64,000 nucleotides of DNA from NCBI GenBank assembly GCA_963714085.1, contig OY970229.1, forward strand, positions 480,001 through 544,000, read 5' to 3'. This DNA comes from an uncultured Candidatus Micrarchaeota archaeon. GTDB lineage: Archaea; Micrarchaeota; Micrarchaeia; Anstonellales; Bilamarchaeaceae. Below are positions 18,437 to 28,858 of this stretch, piece after piece. A program made the translations under genes and the position numbers. The notes under the pieces are model-generated. The model made no database searches, had not been told where the DNA came from, and saw nothing but the letters and a program-made list of their open reading frames with translations. How positions within the stretch are numbered: position 1 is the first letter of the stretch; each line of letters opens with the position of its first letter.

Positions 18437-19387
18437 CTATAAAAGCCTCGCTTTTTTGCCGTCGAAATAGATGTCCTCCTCGAACCGGACGCCGAAATCT
18501 TCGAAATACGCGCTCGGCTCTATGGCCATGGTCGCCCCGGCGAGCTTGTCCTTCGACTTCATGCTGAGGCGGGGGTATTCGTGCACCTCCAGGCCGATGC
18601 CATGGCCGATGGCGTGGGGCAGCTCGGGAAGATTGTGCCTCTTGAACAGCTTTCTGGAGAACGCCGTCAACTCCGAGCCGGTGTCCAGCTCCGGCATCGC
18701 GTCGATTATCTCGTTGAACACTTCCTGGAGCTTCAGGTAGACCGCCTTCTTCTTCTCCTCGCCCATGAAGAAGCACCTCGTGAGGTCCGATGAGTAGTAT
18801 TCGGCGCGCACGCCGAAATCCACGAGCACCATGCTGTTTATCTTCGCATTCCCGGTCCGGTAGTGCGGGAAGGAGGAATTGCGGTCTGCGGCCACTATTG
18901 CCTTGAACGACACGTCCAGGTCGCGCTCCAGGGTCCCGGCCATGAGCTGCTCCCTGACCTGTGATTCGGTCATGCCCTTCTTTATGTCCAGGGATTGCAA
19001 TATCTCCCTGGCGCTGTGCACCGCCTTCTTTACCTTGTCCACCTCCTCCATGGTCTTGGCCATGCGGCGCCTGCAGAGCTCCTCCGAGACGTCCACCGGC
19101 GTGCAGAATTTCTTGAGATGCTCCGTGAGGCGGAAGTACATGCTGCTGCCGTCGACGCCCACCTGCCTGCCCTTGGCCAGCTTCCGCAGCTCGGCTATCG
19201 GGTCCTGATATGGGACGACGCTGCCGCTGAACTGCTCCTTGGCTATCTTGAGGTTCATCCGCGGCACGAGCAGCACCTGCGTGCTGCCGTCCACGAAAAG
19301 GAAGGAGTGGTCGATGTCCACGTTCGAGTAATGGTAGAAGTTGGCGTTGAAATGCTCGTCCCTGTAGAGAAGCAGAGGGTATTTCAT
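18437..19387 (-). CDS. Xaa-Pro aminopeptidase (M24 family)
   Basis: PHY, VDFG, SDLTR, HAIGHGIGLEVHE, AIEPSAY, GVRFEED. Confidence 0.93.
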   Translation of the reverse strand: MKYPLLLYRDEHFNANFYHYSNVDIDHSFLFVDGSTQVLLVPRMNLKIAKEQFSGSVVPYQDPIAELRKLAKGRQVGVDGSSMYFRLTEHLKKFCTPVDVSEELCRRRMAKTMEEVDKVKKAVHSAREILQSLDIKKGMTESQVREQLMAGTLERDLDVSFKAIVAADRNSSFPHYRTGNAKINSMVLVDFGVRAEYYSSDLTRCFFMGEEKKKAVYLKLQEVFNEIIDAMPELDTGSELTAFSRKLFKRHNLPELPHAIGHGIGLEVHEYPRLSMKSKDKLAGATMAIEPSAYFEDFGVRFEEDIYFDGKKARLL

Positions 19388-19476
19388 GGTGGAGAATCCC
19401 GCCTCAGGATTAAATTGCTTGCGGTCGGGCCGTGCTCACGCATCCATCTCGTGGGAGCCGGAATCGTCCTCGAGGA

Positions 19477-19860
19477 TCATACGAACCCCACCTTGGCCTT
19501 AGACCTCAGGCCCACGACCCTCAGGCGCTCGGCTTTGAGCCGCTGCTTGAGCCCGCGGTCGTTGGTGCACACCACCGCGCGGTTCTGCCTGGCGTACTCG
19601 AAGAGCCAGTCGTCCACCGGCAGCTTCGACTCCACCTGCTTCGCCTTCTCCCCCCTGGATTCTAGGATCTTCAGCGCGAAGCGCGCCGCGGCCCCGGTCC
19701 TGCCCGGATTCCTGGCGATGCCCCGGAGCTCGCCGACGACCTTGGAGGGCACCACGAGCGTGAAGGGCCCGTCCAGCAGGCGCTCGAGCTCGGTGAACAC
19801 GTCCACCTTGAACTGGTAGGGTACGAGAAGGAAATTGGTGTCCATAATCACTTCGGTCAT
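19477..19860 (-). CDS. PIN-domain ribonuclease (Fcf1/Utp24-like)
   Basis: IMDTNFL, VVGEL, VDD, VCTNDRGLK. Confidence 0.9.
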   Translation of the reverse strand: MTEVIMDTNFLLVPYQFKVDVFTELERLLDGPFTLVVPSKVVGELRGIARNPGRTGAAARFALKILESRGEKAKQVESKLPVDDWLFEYARQNRAVVCTNDRGLKQRLKAERLRVVGLRSKAKVGFV

Positions 19861-20045
19861 GGCAGTTATTAGAAGCTAATGGGATTAAAATAGAATAGGT
19901 GGAATATATACGTTACGGGAGCGAAAATGGCATTTGTTGGTATATACGGTTAGAAGAGGAGTTAAAAGGAATGTTTAAAAATGTTTTGGTTCATAAACAC
20001 TTTAGTACAAAAATTTAAACAACAATAGAGAGCGGGTGATGAGGG

Positions 20046-21587
20046 ATGAAAACAATGAAAACTGAACAAACAGGATGTAAAGTTGCTGAAAGGACGACTG
20101 GACCGACGACATCAACTCGTGGGTTCAAGAATAGAATGCTTATCACGACTGTCGGCGCCGCAGGCCTTGCGATATTATCGACGGCGTCGTGCAGCAAAAA
20201 TTCGGGAACGAGCGAAGACGCGGGCGCGTGCCAGACACTGAAGGACGATGCCGGCTTTACTACCTGCTCTCCGGGTTGCGAGATGGGCTTGGTTCCGACA
20301 AGCTCGAATGATGGCGCGGTGTCCACGGCTAAATGCGTGCCGAAGAAGGCTGTAGACGCTTCTACCAGTGAGGCTTCCGCCACGGATGTTTCAGGAGGCG
20401 AGGCTGCGGAGGAATCAGAGGCAGGATTAGTTTCACCGCAGGATGCAACTGCACTGGATGCTACTAATAAGAGTGATGCTGCAGGTCCGATGTGCAGCAC
20501 TGCGACCAAACTCAGGGCCAATGCATCGGTCGGTGGCGCCTGGGAGATGAACGGCTTCCCGTGCAACACCAATGGGAGCCCGTCTGAATTCACTGACGGC
20601 GATAGCCCCAAGTTGAAGACTGATACAGGCGAGAAAGTGCCTTGTTCCGCCGCAGTCACGAATCAACCGGAACTGACGGTCAATGTCACATGCGAGGTAC
20701 CGTCGCAAGATGGAGGCGTGGTGCAGGTGGTATTCACTGCGGTTCAAGGCGGATGCGTAAAATCTGCGGGCGGAGTTAGCCAGAAGTGCCCCGATGACCA
20801 GGACATAGCATTGGATGGCAACAGCACTCAAGTCTCCCAGAATGGTTCTGAGTCGGTGATGAAGGTCACCGGATCACAGCAGTCCGATAGGCTGATGCTA
20901 TCGACCTCCGGCTCTGCTGCTGGCTCTGCGGCCACCACGAAGGGCCTGGACTCGACGGGCAACGTCAAGGCGACGGGATCTTCGTGTGGTGTCGGTGCCG
21001 ACGGCTCAGTGGCCTTCGGAGGCCAGATTGCCGGCCCGACAAGCATGACTTTCTGCTGCGCTCCATTGCCGCTCGGGCAGTCAGTGCCTGCGGGCGCTGT
21101 CGCGCTCCAAGTAGAGGGCAGCCAGACCAATATGGGACCCAACTCCGCGGCGACTGCAAGCCCGGTATTCGGTGGCGCTGTCTTGCCGGACATCCCGGTG
21201 GGCGGTTCATTCGTAGTGGCCGGCCAGGTGACGACGCTCAAGGCCGCGATGACCAATGGCACTTATGGCGCGATCGAGATCGACGGCCAGGCGGGAACCT
21301 GTGTAATCCCAGCTGGGCAGGACAGCAACACTGCATGCGGTCAGACGTTCAATGGCGGTGCGTTGGCACTGCCTGCGGCGAGTGCGGTACACTCGACTGG
21401 CGCATGCCCGGTGACGGGCCAGGACGGGGGAGCTAAAGACGCCCCGAAAGGAGCAGACGTTGCTCCAACCGGACCGGTCGCTGATGCGAGCGCGGCGAAA
21501 CCGGCGGATGCGAGCACTGCTCCGGCACCCGTGGTCGACGCCACCGCAGTTCAGAGCGCGGCCCCGGTTGATGCAGGATCGGACTGA
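20046..21587 (+). CDS. Secreted or lipoprotein-like Cys/Gly/Ser/Thr-rich protein with DAG/DGG/DAS motifs
   Basis: Hydrophobic stretch ending in LAILSTASC; many Cys; low-complexity C-terminus. Confidence 0.7.
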   Translation: MKTMKTEQTGCKVAERTTGPTTSTRGFKNRMLITTVGAAGLAILSTASCSKNSGTSEDAGACQTLKDDAGFTTCSPGCEMGLVPTSSNDGAVSTAKCVPKKAVDASTSEASATDVSGGEAAEESEAGLVSPQDATALDATNKSDAAGPMCSTATKLRANASVGGAWEMNGFPCNTNGSPSEFTDGDSPKLKTDTGEKVPCSAAVTNQPELTVNVTCEVPSQDGGVVQVVFTAVQGGCVKSAGGVSQKCPDDQDIALDGNSTQVSQNGSESVMKVTGSQQSDRLMLSTSGSAAGSAATTKGLDSTGNVKATGSSCGVGADGSVAFGGQIAGPTSMTFCCAPLPLGQSVPAGAVALQVEGSQTNMGPNSAATASPVFGGAVLPDIPVGGSFVVAGQVTTLKAAMTNGTYGAIEIDGQAGTCVIPAGQDSNTACGQTFNGGALALPAASAVHSTGACPVTGQDGGAKDAPKGADVAPTGPVADASAAKPADASTAPAPVVDATAVQSAAPVDAGSD

Positions 21588-21623
21588 AGTTTCTTTTTTA
21601 TTTTCCTTTAATTATCTGGCGCC

Positions 21624-22019
21624 CTACTCTTTTATGCCCAGAACCTCGCGAGCCTTGTCCATGTCGAACTGGGCTGGCTTGAAGGCTACCTCGGTGTAGT
21701 CGTTCTTCTTGGAGACGATGTAGAGCGATTCGAGGTTCACGCCCCTGTTGGCGAGCTTCCTCGTTATCTTGCCCAGCTCCCCGGGCCTGTTGAGCATCTT
21801 CATCACGATGATCTCAGACTCCTGGACCTTGACCTCCGGGATCTTGGATAGCGCCTTGGTGGCGCTGGCCGAGTCCGCCGTGAGCACCCTGAAGAAGGCC
21901 TTCTCTGCGAAGCCGTAGCAGGAGATGGCCTCGATGTTGACCCCGACGCCGCCGAGCGCCTCGGCGACCGTGGCGAGCGAGCCGACCTGGTTCTTCGCGA
22001 TGATGATGAGCTCTTTCAT
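21624..22019 (-). CDS. Double ACT domain protein
   Basis: NQVGSLATVAEALGGVGVNIEAI and NRPGELGKITRKLANRGVNLESLY. Confidence 0.9.
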   Translation of the reverse strand: MKELIIIAKNQVGSLATVAEALGGVGVNIEAISCYGFAEKAFFRVLTADSASATKALSKIPEVKVQESEIIVMKMLNRPGELGKITRKLANRGVNLESLYIVSKKNDYTEVAFKPAQFDMDKAREVLGIKE

Positions 22020-22090
22020 GGGAAATCACCGAGAAAGCTATCCGAAACAAAGATTAAATAGGTTGCTATGGAGAAAGGAGCAGAAGACAG

Positions 22091-22417
22091 ATGAAAAGCA
22101 TGGCAGTGACGAAAAAGCAGATAATGGGGAAATTGTCTGGTGTCGTGGACCCGGAACTCGGGGTAAGCATCGTCGACCTCGGGCTGATTTACGAAGTGCA
22201 CGTGAAAAAGGCGCCGAAGAAGGGCAAGCAGAAGGCCGAGATAGTGATGACACTGACCACGCCGGCGTGCCCTTTGGCGGACTACCTGCTCGGGCAGGTT
22301 GAATCCAGGCTGAACGAGCTGCCGGACATAGACATAAACGTCCGGGTGGTGTTCCAGCCTGCCTGGAGCCCGGACAGGATGTCTGAGAAGGCGAAGATCG
22401 CATTGGGAATGAAATGA
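22091..22417 (+). CDS. DUF59/SufT-like Fe-S cluster assembly protein
   Basis: VVDPELGVSIVDLGLIY, MTLTTPACPL, PAWSPDRMS. Confidence 0.93.
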   Translation: MKSMAVTKKQIMGKLSGVVDPELGVSIVDLGLIYEVHVKKAPKKGKQKAEIVMTLTTPACPLADYLLGQVESRLNELPDIDINVRVVFQPAWSPDRMSEKAKIALGMK

Positions 22418-22433
22418 GCATAGGAGTGATATA

Positions 22434-23777
22434 ATGAGACTGACTTTTTACGGGGGCGCGGGCGAGGTTGGAAGGTCCTGCGTGCTCCTCGAGGACCAGA
22501 ACAAGAACCTTATGATGGACGCCGGCATAAAGCTCGGCGAGAAGACGGAGTATCCGCTGATAGGGGACCTGGAGCTCAAGCGCATCCATGACATAGCGAT
22601 AACCCACGCGCACCTGGACCACTGCGGCTACCTTCCGCACGTGTATTCGAAGAACGCGAAGCCCAGGATATGGCTCACCAAGCCCACCCGCGACCTCATG
22701 GGCATACTGCTCTCCGACTATCACAGGATACAGAATGACAAGATCGCGCGGAACTTCGCCGGGCGCGACGAAGCTACGCCGCGCAAGGACACCCAGAGGC
22801 TCTTCAGCATCAAGGACGTGAACGCGGTGATGCAGGACGCCAGGATACTGGAGCCCGGCGAGGAGGCCAAGGGCGCGGACTTCCACTTCACGCTGCACCC
22901 GAGCGGCCACATCATGGGCAGCACCATGATCAGGGTGCCGGACGCCGGAGGGATAATCTACAGCGGCGACATCTGCATGCGGAAAACGCGCATACTGGAC
23001 GGCTGCGTACAGGGGCTCTCTGCGCGCACTCTCATAATTGAGAGCACGTACGGCAAGAGGGAGGACGTGATACCCAGCTACAAGGAGTCCGCCATGAAGC
23101 TGGTTGCCACCGTGAACAAGACCCTAAACGAAGGCGGCCATGTGATAATACCATCCTTCGCCGTGGGCAGGGGCCAGGAGATACTCATGATACTGGACGA
23201 CTACATGCGCTCCGGCGCGCTCGCCCAGTCCAGGATATACATAGAGGGCATGATAGGCAAGGCCACGCGCATATACAGGCACAACGCCTACTATGCCAAC
23301 GACGACATCAAGAGGCGCATACTGATGTCCGAGGACGACCCGTTCAAGTCCCCCGCGTTCCACACGCCGAAGAACAAGGACCGCGAGGACGTGCTCAAGG
23401 AGCCGTGCATAATCGTGACCACCTCGGGCATGCTGAGCGGAGGGCCGGTGCTGTTCTACCTCGAGAAGCTCGGGGGCGATCCGAGGAACAAGCTCGTCTT
23501 CGTAGGTTTCCAGGCCCCCGGCACGCGGGGTGCGAAGATACTCGAAGGGGAGCGGAAGATACAGATAAAGGATAAGGAGATAGAGCTGAAACTCCAGGTC
23601 GAGCAGATAAAGATATCTGGCCACGCGGACTTCGGAGAGCTGGTGCAGTTCGTGAAGGGTATAAAGGGCCTCAAGCGCGTGTTCGTAGTCCACGGGGAGG
23701 AGACCGACCTGCCGGAGGCGCTGGGGAACCAATACGAGGTCATAGTGCCGAAGCTGCTTGAGACGTACGGGGTTTGA
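22434..23777 (+). CDS. MBL-fold beta-CASP ribonuclease (aCPSF-like, no KH domains)
   Basis: GGAGEVGRSC, THAHLDHCG, GHIMGS, ESTYG, FAVGRGQE, SGML.GGP, SGHAD, VHGE. Confidence 0.93.
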   Translation: MRLTFYGGAGEVGRSCVLLEDQNKNLMMDAGIKLGEKTEYPLIGDLELKRIHDIAITHAHLDHCGYLPHVYSKNAKPRIWLTKPTRDLMGILLSDYHRIQNDKIARNFAGRDEATPRKDTQRLFSIKDVNAVMQDARILEPGEEAKGADFHFTLHPSGHIMGSTMIRVPDAGGIIYSGDICMRKTRILDGCVQGLSARTLIIESTYGKREDVIPSYKESAMKLVATVNKTLNEGGHVIIPSFAVGRGQEILMILDDYMRSGALAQSRIYIEGMIGKATRIYRHNAYYANDDIKRRILMSEDDPFKSPAFHTPKNKDREDVLKEPCIIVTTSGMLSGGPVLFYLEKLGGDPRNKLVFVGFQAPGTRGAKILEGERKIQIKDKEIELKLQVEQIKISGHADFGELVQFVKGIKGLKRVFVVHGEETDLPEALGNQYEVIVPKLLETYGV

Positions 23778-23857
23778 GACGCAGCTTTAAGATGCTTACT
23801 TGATTTTTTAGTGGCCCGCAGGATAAGGGATGGAAAAGTGAAAAGAAACGAACCCTT

Positions 23858-26800
23858 CTAGGTGTACTGCAGGCACTGGTATATGGACGAGCCGGTGAGG
23901 TCGAGCTCGCATGCCTCGCCGTGCGGGCCTACGGTGGCCACCAGATGGCCAGATGAGGAAAGCGGCACCGTGCAGTGGGTCACGCCGGTACAGGTCTCGC
24001 CTGGGAATGTCCATATCACGTTGGAGGCCGTGCATGGCCTCAGATTGTCGGGCTCGCCGCACTTCACGTAGTAGTCCGGGGCGTCCGCCGGGCTTATCGT
24101 GCAATACTTCGAGACCCCCGGGCCGCAGCCTGCGCCGGTGCACTCCGGAGGCAAGGGCGGCGTGCCGACGGTTATCCCGGTGGTGTTGCACGGGGGCGGA
24201 ACCATGTCGAAGGCGCATGCCCAGAGCGCGGTGCTCACATTGTCGGTGGTCGCCGTGTACACAGTATAAGGTCCGCTGGTCGGGTCTATCGAGCCGATGA
24301 CCTGCGGGAATCCAGCCATGTTCCATTGCACTCCGGTGCATGGAACTGGGATGCCGTTGCTGGTGCAGGTCGTGTTGAACGACTGGTTCTCCATGAACAC
24401 CAGGTTCACGGATGGCGGGATTATGGCGAGCGTGTTGTTCGGTGGGACGACGGTCAGGTTGGACACGCAGGATGTGTTCCCGACCGTGGCATTGAGCTGT
24501 CCGGTGGTGCCGATGTCGGATGTCGGGACTACGGATGCGCCCGTAGGGCTGGTGTCGAACAGTATGCCGTCTATGCCATAGAGCTCCCAGTCCGCGCTTG
24601 CGCAGGGCACGATATCGCTGCTTTCGTTGAAGCATTGCAGACCGAATACCGCGACCTCAAGCTGACCGATATCGGCAACCGAAGGCGTCACATTGCAGCC
24701 CGCAACACCGGTCACCGGCTTGGCGCCCACGGTTATGGAGGTGTAGTTGCACGGCGAGGGCGAGACGCCCGTCGCGCATGCCCAAAGCTCGGTGTCGACG
24801 TCGGGCACGGTAGCTGTGAAGTTCGTGACCGGTCCGCTGGTCCGGTCTATGGAGCCCTCGACCTGAGGGAAGTCCGGGGGATTCCATACGACCCCGTCGC
24901 ATGCGACCACGTCGCCATCGTGGGTGCAGTTTGCGGTGAATACCTGGCTGCCATTGTACGGCAGGCTCACGGATGGCGGGTCCACGAAGAGCGTGTCGGT
25001 TGGCGGGGTAACCGTCAGGTCCGAGGAGCATGATACTGGCCCGATGGTGGCGTTAAGCTGGCCCGTGGTGCCTATCGGGGATTGCGTGAACACGGATGCA
25101 CCCGTCGGCCCTGTGTTGAACACCCTGCCGTCTATGCCATAGAGCTCCCAGTCCACGTCGCCGCATGGCACGCTATTGCCGTTGTCGGTGCACTGCAGGG
25201 TGAACGAGGTTATCTCGGAGTAGCCCAGATCGGCAGGAGAAGGCGTTATGCTGCAGTTGTTCACGTCCTGCACCGTGACGTTCTGGCCGTTGTCCGAATA
25301 CGCGCAGACGGCGTTGAAATCGCCGCTCACCGACGCGGTCACATCGCCGGTCCCGGCGCTCGGGAAAGTCACCTGCGCGCTCTGGTAATCGTTGGCCCCC
25401 AGAGTGCTGAAGCCCGGAGGCGTGGTGTCCCATGAAACCGTGGAGCCTGAGCAAGGGCCCAGGTCGCCGTTGAGATGGCTGCACTGGATGCCGAATGTCC
25501 TGGTGTCTCCGGTGGAGACCGGCATCGTGCCGTCGGTGATGTTGCAGCTGTCGCCGCCGCCAACGTTGACCTGCAGGACGCCTGCGCTGCAGGAGAGAGC
25601 CTGGCTCGCGGCCGCATTGCACGCCGACTGGTCAGAGCTGAATGAGAATGCGAGATTCGCCGTATACGTGCCCGCGGTCGTGCCATCAGGAACCGCGACC
25701 TGCACGTATACCGTCCTGCTGCCGCCCGCGCTTATGGATTGGGATGGGCCGAAGCCGTTGGACGGCGGGGAATCGCACGACGGCGCATTCGCGCAGCACT
25801 CGGGATTCGTGGACGGCCTGTCGCCACCGTTCTGCGCGCACAGCGTGCTGTCGAACGGAGCCACGGTAACCACTGGATTGTCGCTGGTTATTCCGGTTAC
25901 GTAATTGACCGCCTGGCCGCTGTTGCTTATGGTGATCGGTATGACGATGTAGCCGCCAGGGGGCACGGTCAGCGGCTGCGCGACCCCGGAGAGACCGCAG
26001 GAGAGCGCGTTCTGCTTGTTCTGCACCGTTATGTCATAGGTGTTCTTGCCGAGCGGGGCGTCGTATGCCGGTGCACTGGTACCAGCCTGGGCTGAGGTCC
26101 TCGAGTAGACCTCCTCGCCCTGGTAGCTCCCGCACGTCGGGTGCCTCACGGTCGCAGCGCAGCCCTTCACCTCGTATGAATCCCCGATGACATAGCTGCC
26201 AGGATCGTTGAGCGTGAGCGTGTTCTGGAACGAGGTGCCGCTGTCCGAAGAGGACAGACCAGGATAGGACGAACCTGAGGGCATTGTCGCTGAAGGCGTC
26301 ATGGTGCCCCAGCAGGTCACTGCGACGCTTCCGAGCCTGTTGGAGATCTTGACACCGTAATTATCGTAGAAGTTTATCTGCTTATCGTGGAGAGTGCCTT
26401 CATAACCCCAACACGCCGGGTTGTTGTAATCGCATATCTTCCAAGCGTTCATGGCATTGTAGTCGCCCTGGCTCCAGAAAACCGGGAAGTTGCCTCCTGT
26501 CGCGGAGGAAGCCCCGGGGGTGCATGTTTCCCAGACCGTGGCGTATGCGTAGAAGTTCGGCGCAGACCACGAAGCGCTCAGTGACGAATCCAGCGATGCG
26601 GTCGTGCCCGGGCACACCACCGCGCCATCGAGCGAGCCTCCCGGGCCGTATGAGAGCACCTTGGAGTCGTCGATGGAAAGCGTGGATGTGAAGGTACCGT
26701 CGAATCCCGGTTGCAACTTGAAGTAATCGTAGCCGGACGTCGTGAGCGTCTCGTAAAGGTAAGTCGACTGGTCATTCCATGTGAGCGTTTTCTGCTGGCT

Positions 26801-26872
26801 GGCTGGCCACGCTGCTCCGACCATGAGCAAAAAAATGAAAACTGTTAGCGCCTTGGCGTGCATCGGGGTCAT
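23858..26872 (-). CDS. Large secreted Cys-rich surface protein with Ig-like repeats
   Basis: Signal peptide; duplicated ~185-aa unit (WELYGIDG...IGTTGQLNAT...FPQV.GSID.TSGP...LWACA); many NxS/T sequons. Confidence 0.8.
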   Translation of the reverse strand: MTPMHAKALTVFIFLLMVGAAWPASQQKTLTWNDQSTYLYETLTTSGYDYFKLQPGFDGTFTSTLSIDDSKVLSYGPGGSLDGAVVCPGTTASLDSSLSASWSAPNFYAYATVWETCTPGASSATGGNFPVFWSQGDYNAMNAWKICDYNNPACWGYEGTLHDKQINFYDNYGVKISNRLGSVAVTCWGTMTPSATMPSGSSYPGLSSSDSGTSFQNTLTLNDPGSYVIGDSYEVKGCAATVRHPTCGSYQGEEVYSRTSAQAGTSAPAYDAPLGKNTYDITVQNKQNALSCGLSGVAQPLTVPPGGYIVIPITISNSGQAVNYVTGITSDNPVVTVAPFDSTLCAQNGGDRPSTNPECCANAPSCDSPPSNGFGPSQSISAGGSRTVYVQVAVPDGTTAGTYTANLAFSFSSDQSACNAAASQALSCSAGVLQVNVGGGDSCNITDGTMPVSTGDTRTFGIQCSHLNGDLGPCSGSTVSWDTTPPGFSTLGANDYQSAQVTFPSAGTGDVTASVSGDFNAVCAYSDNGQNVTVQDVNNCSITPSPADLGYSEITSFTLQCTDNGNSVPCGDVDWELYGIDGRVFNTGPTGASVFTQSPIGTTGQLNATIGPVSCSSDLTVTPPTDTLFVDPPSVSLPYNGSQVFTANCTHDGDVVACDGVVWNPPDFPQVEGSIDRTSGPVTNFTATVPDVDTELWACATGVSPSPCNYTSITVGAKPVTGVAGCNVTPSVADIGQLEVAVFGLQCFNESSDIVPCASADWELYGIDGILFDTSPTGASVVPTSDIGTTGQLNATVGNTSCVSNLTVVPPNNTLAIIPPSVNLVFMENQSFNTTCTSNGIPVPCTGVQWNMAGFPQVIGSIDPTSGPYTVYTATTDNVSTALWACAFDMVPPPCNTTGITVGTPPLPPECTGAGCGPGVSKYCTISPADAPDYYVKCGEPDNLRPCTASNVIWTFPGETCTGVTHCTVPLSSSGHLVATVGPHGEACELDLTGSSIYQCLQYT

Positions 26873-28845
26873 CTCTTTTGATTCAGTAAGTCCGAAACGT
26901 TAAGGTTGAATATCACCAGGACGTTCCCAGGGCCCGTGATCGGAAGGCCGGATATTGCTTCTACCGTGCGGTAGCGCACTTCGGTGCCTACCCTGACACC
27001 GTATATCTTGAGATCCGCGCCCCCTCCGATGGTGCTTTCGGTTTTGATCCCCAGCGGAGTCGGTTCCCCTCCGGAGCTCTGCACGTAGTAAAACTTCATT
27101 GGGAAATCATGACCGCTTTTAGTGCTCGGAGTTATTCCGATTCCGGCGCGCCAGATGAGGCTTGAGATGGACTGCGGATAATCGCTGCTGCCTGGCTTTA
27201 ATTCGCCGCCTATGTCTGCCACGAGCATAATCGGCATGCCCTTCAAGCTGCCGAGTCCCAAGCCCGCGGCGCCTGTCAGCGAGAAAGAGTTGCTGGGGGT
27301 CAAAAGGGTCCCCCTGAGCGCGTAGTAAAGCGGAAGTTTCAGGTACCCCGCGGTCCTGCCGCTCTGGTCCACGAAGGATGCCTCGAACAGCCCCTGCGTC
27401 TTGCCCAGGGCTATGAGCTGTCCCTGCCCGCTCGCGTCCCCGCTCTGCACCACGTCGTACTGGGACAGCGCGCCGATGTCGAGCTGGACAGTCGCGTACT
27501 CCCACGGATGGTATTTCGCTGTGCCTCCCAAGCGAACCGCCATCTGCTTGCCGGTGTAGCCGGTCGGAATCATTCTTAGGGAATATACCGTATTTCCACT
27601 GGCGTCGGTGCTTGCTTTTAGATCAGGCTGGTACTGCTGCGATGTGATGTGCGAGAGCCAGGCATTCGGCCCGAGCGTGAGCTTTCCGCCTTTGAATTTG
27701 AATAATTCAAGGTCTCCCCCCATGGTGGCTATCTCGATAGGTATGCTCGTCAGCATCTGGGGGCATGTCTGCTTGATGCTGTCGAATATGAACCCTTTCA
27801 GGCGCGACCCGTCAGGGAGCATGTTGAGGCCCTCGAGATAGTTGCCCCTACGGAACGCGTTAAGGGTGTCGACAGTGGCCTGCCGCCCAGTTTGGGTCCC
27901 TGCGTTAATCCCGGTGAGCTGGCTTATCAGGTTCCAGCGTGGGTCATTGGCATTGGCTGGATTGAGGTCGCCGCTCTGTCCCGTAGCGTTATTTGCCCAG
28001 TTTATGATAACGGTGTAATAAGTTGTGCCTGCCGTGCTATTCCTGGTTGGTTGGAAATAACCGAGCCACATTTGCCCTCCGGAAGAAACCAGCGTCGCTA
28101 CGTTTTGGTTTCCGAGCATCGAATTAAGCGCGGTGCTGGGAACGATATTCGGAGTCTTCACAGACGTGCCGACCGCTCTTTCTGGACTCGGAAGGAGGTT
28201 TATCTCGGTGTGCCGGGTCTTTGCCCTTGCGCTTGCTGAGCCCCTTTCGATTTCAGCCTCGCCTTTAGCATCGGTACTGCTTATTTCGTGCTCATCTTCC
28301 TCGCTTGGGGCGGACGGTTTCTCTACGGGCGGTTTCTCTGCGGACGGTTTCAGATTAGGTGCCTGTTTCTCCGGTTTCGGAACGACCAACGGCGCGCTGT
28401 TCACGAACGCCAGTTCGGTAGGAGTCAGTTGGCGGTTTATGTCTTTCGCTATTTTCGTGCCCTTGAGCTCATCACCGAACTTATGGTAGAGCGCTTGTAC
28501 CTCAAGCTGGTACATCAGCGGGGTCTTGGAGAACTCGCGGAGCGTCCAAGTGGCATCTTGCAGTTCCTTAATCCGTGACATGTCCACGGCGACGTAACCT
28601 TTTGCGGAGCTTAGATCGTAAAGCGCGCGGCGCTGCGTGGGGTCGAGCTTCTCGTAGACGTTTTTTTCCACGGCTGCCAATTTGTTTCTCTGCGGTATGG
28701 TTATATGCGTGGAGGCGAGACGGACGAGGATTGCGTTCATACGCTCGAGATTATTGACCGGATCGTCGGAGAGTTTTCTCAGCTCTGCCAAATCCTTGTT
28801 CACGGCGTTCGCACTACCAACCTTAGCGACGGTTTGTGATCCCAT
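26869..28845 (-). CDS. Hypothetical protein with beta-strand-rich C-terminal domain
   Basis: 658 aa; helical N-terminus, Pro-rich linker, amphipathic beta-strand pattern in the C-terminal part. Confidence 0.75.
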   Translation of the reverse strand: MGSQTVAKVGSANAVNKDLAELRKLSDDPVNNLERMNAILVRLASTHITIPQRNKLAAVEKNVYEKLDPTQRRALYDLSSAKGYVAVDMSRIKELQDATWTLREFSKTPLMYQLEVQALYHKFGDELKGTKIAKDINRQLTPTELAFVNSAPLVVPKPEKQAPNLKPSAEKPPVEKPSAPSEEDEHEISSTDAKGEAEIERGSASARAKTRHTEINLLPSPERAVGTSVKTPNIVPSTALNSMLGNQNVATLVSSGGQMWLGYFQPTRNSTAGTTYYTVIINWANNATGQSGDLNPANANDPRWNLISQLTGINAGTQTGRQATVDTLNAFRRGNYLEGLNMLPDGSRLKGFIFDSIKQTCPQMLTSIPIEIATMGGDLELFKFKGGKLTLGPNAWLSHITSQQYQPDLKASTDASGNTVYSLRMIPTGYTGKQMAVRLGGTAKYHPWEYATVQLDIGALSQYDVVQSGDASGQGQLIALGKTQGLFEASFVDQSGRTAGYLKLPLYYALRGTLLTPSNSFSLTGAAGLGLGSLKGMPIMLVADIGGELKPGSSDYPQSISSLIWRAGIGITPSTKSGHDFPMKFYYVQSSGGEPTPLGIKTESTIGGGADLKIYGVRVGTEVRYRTVEAISGLPITGPGNVLVIFNLNVSDLLNQKR

Positions 28846-28858
28846 ATATAGTCACCTT

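Noticed and set aside
19388..19476. GC-rich intergenic stretch, possible small RNA
   Set aside because: No recognisable motif or convincing stable structure.
22745..22790. GC-rich hairpin in a possible in-frame insertion of the beta-CASP gene, considered as a second intron
   Set aside because: The frame is intact, I could not build a bulge-helix-bulge geometry, and such hairpins are expected at this GC content.
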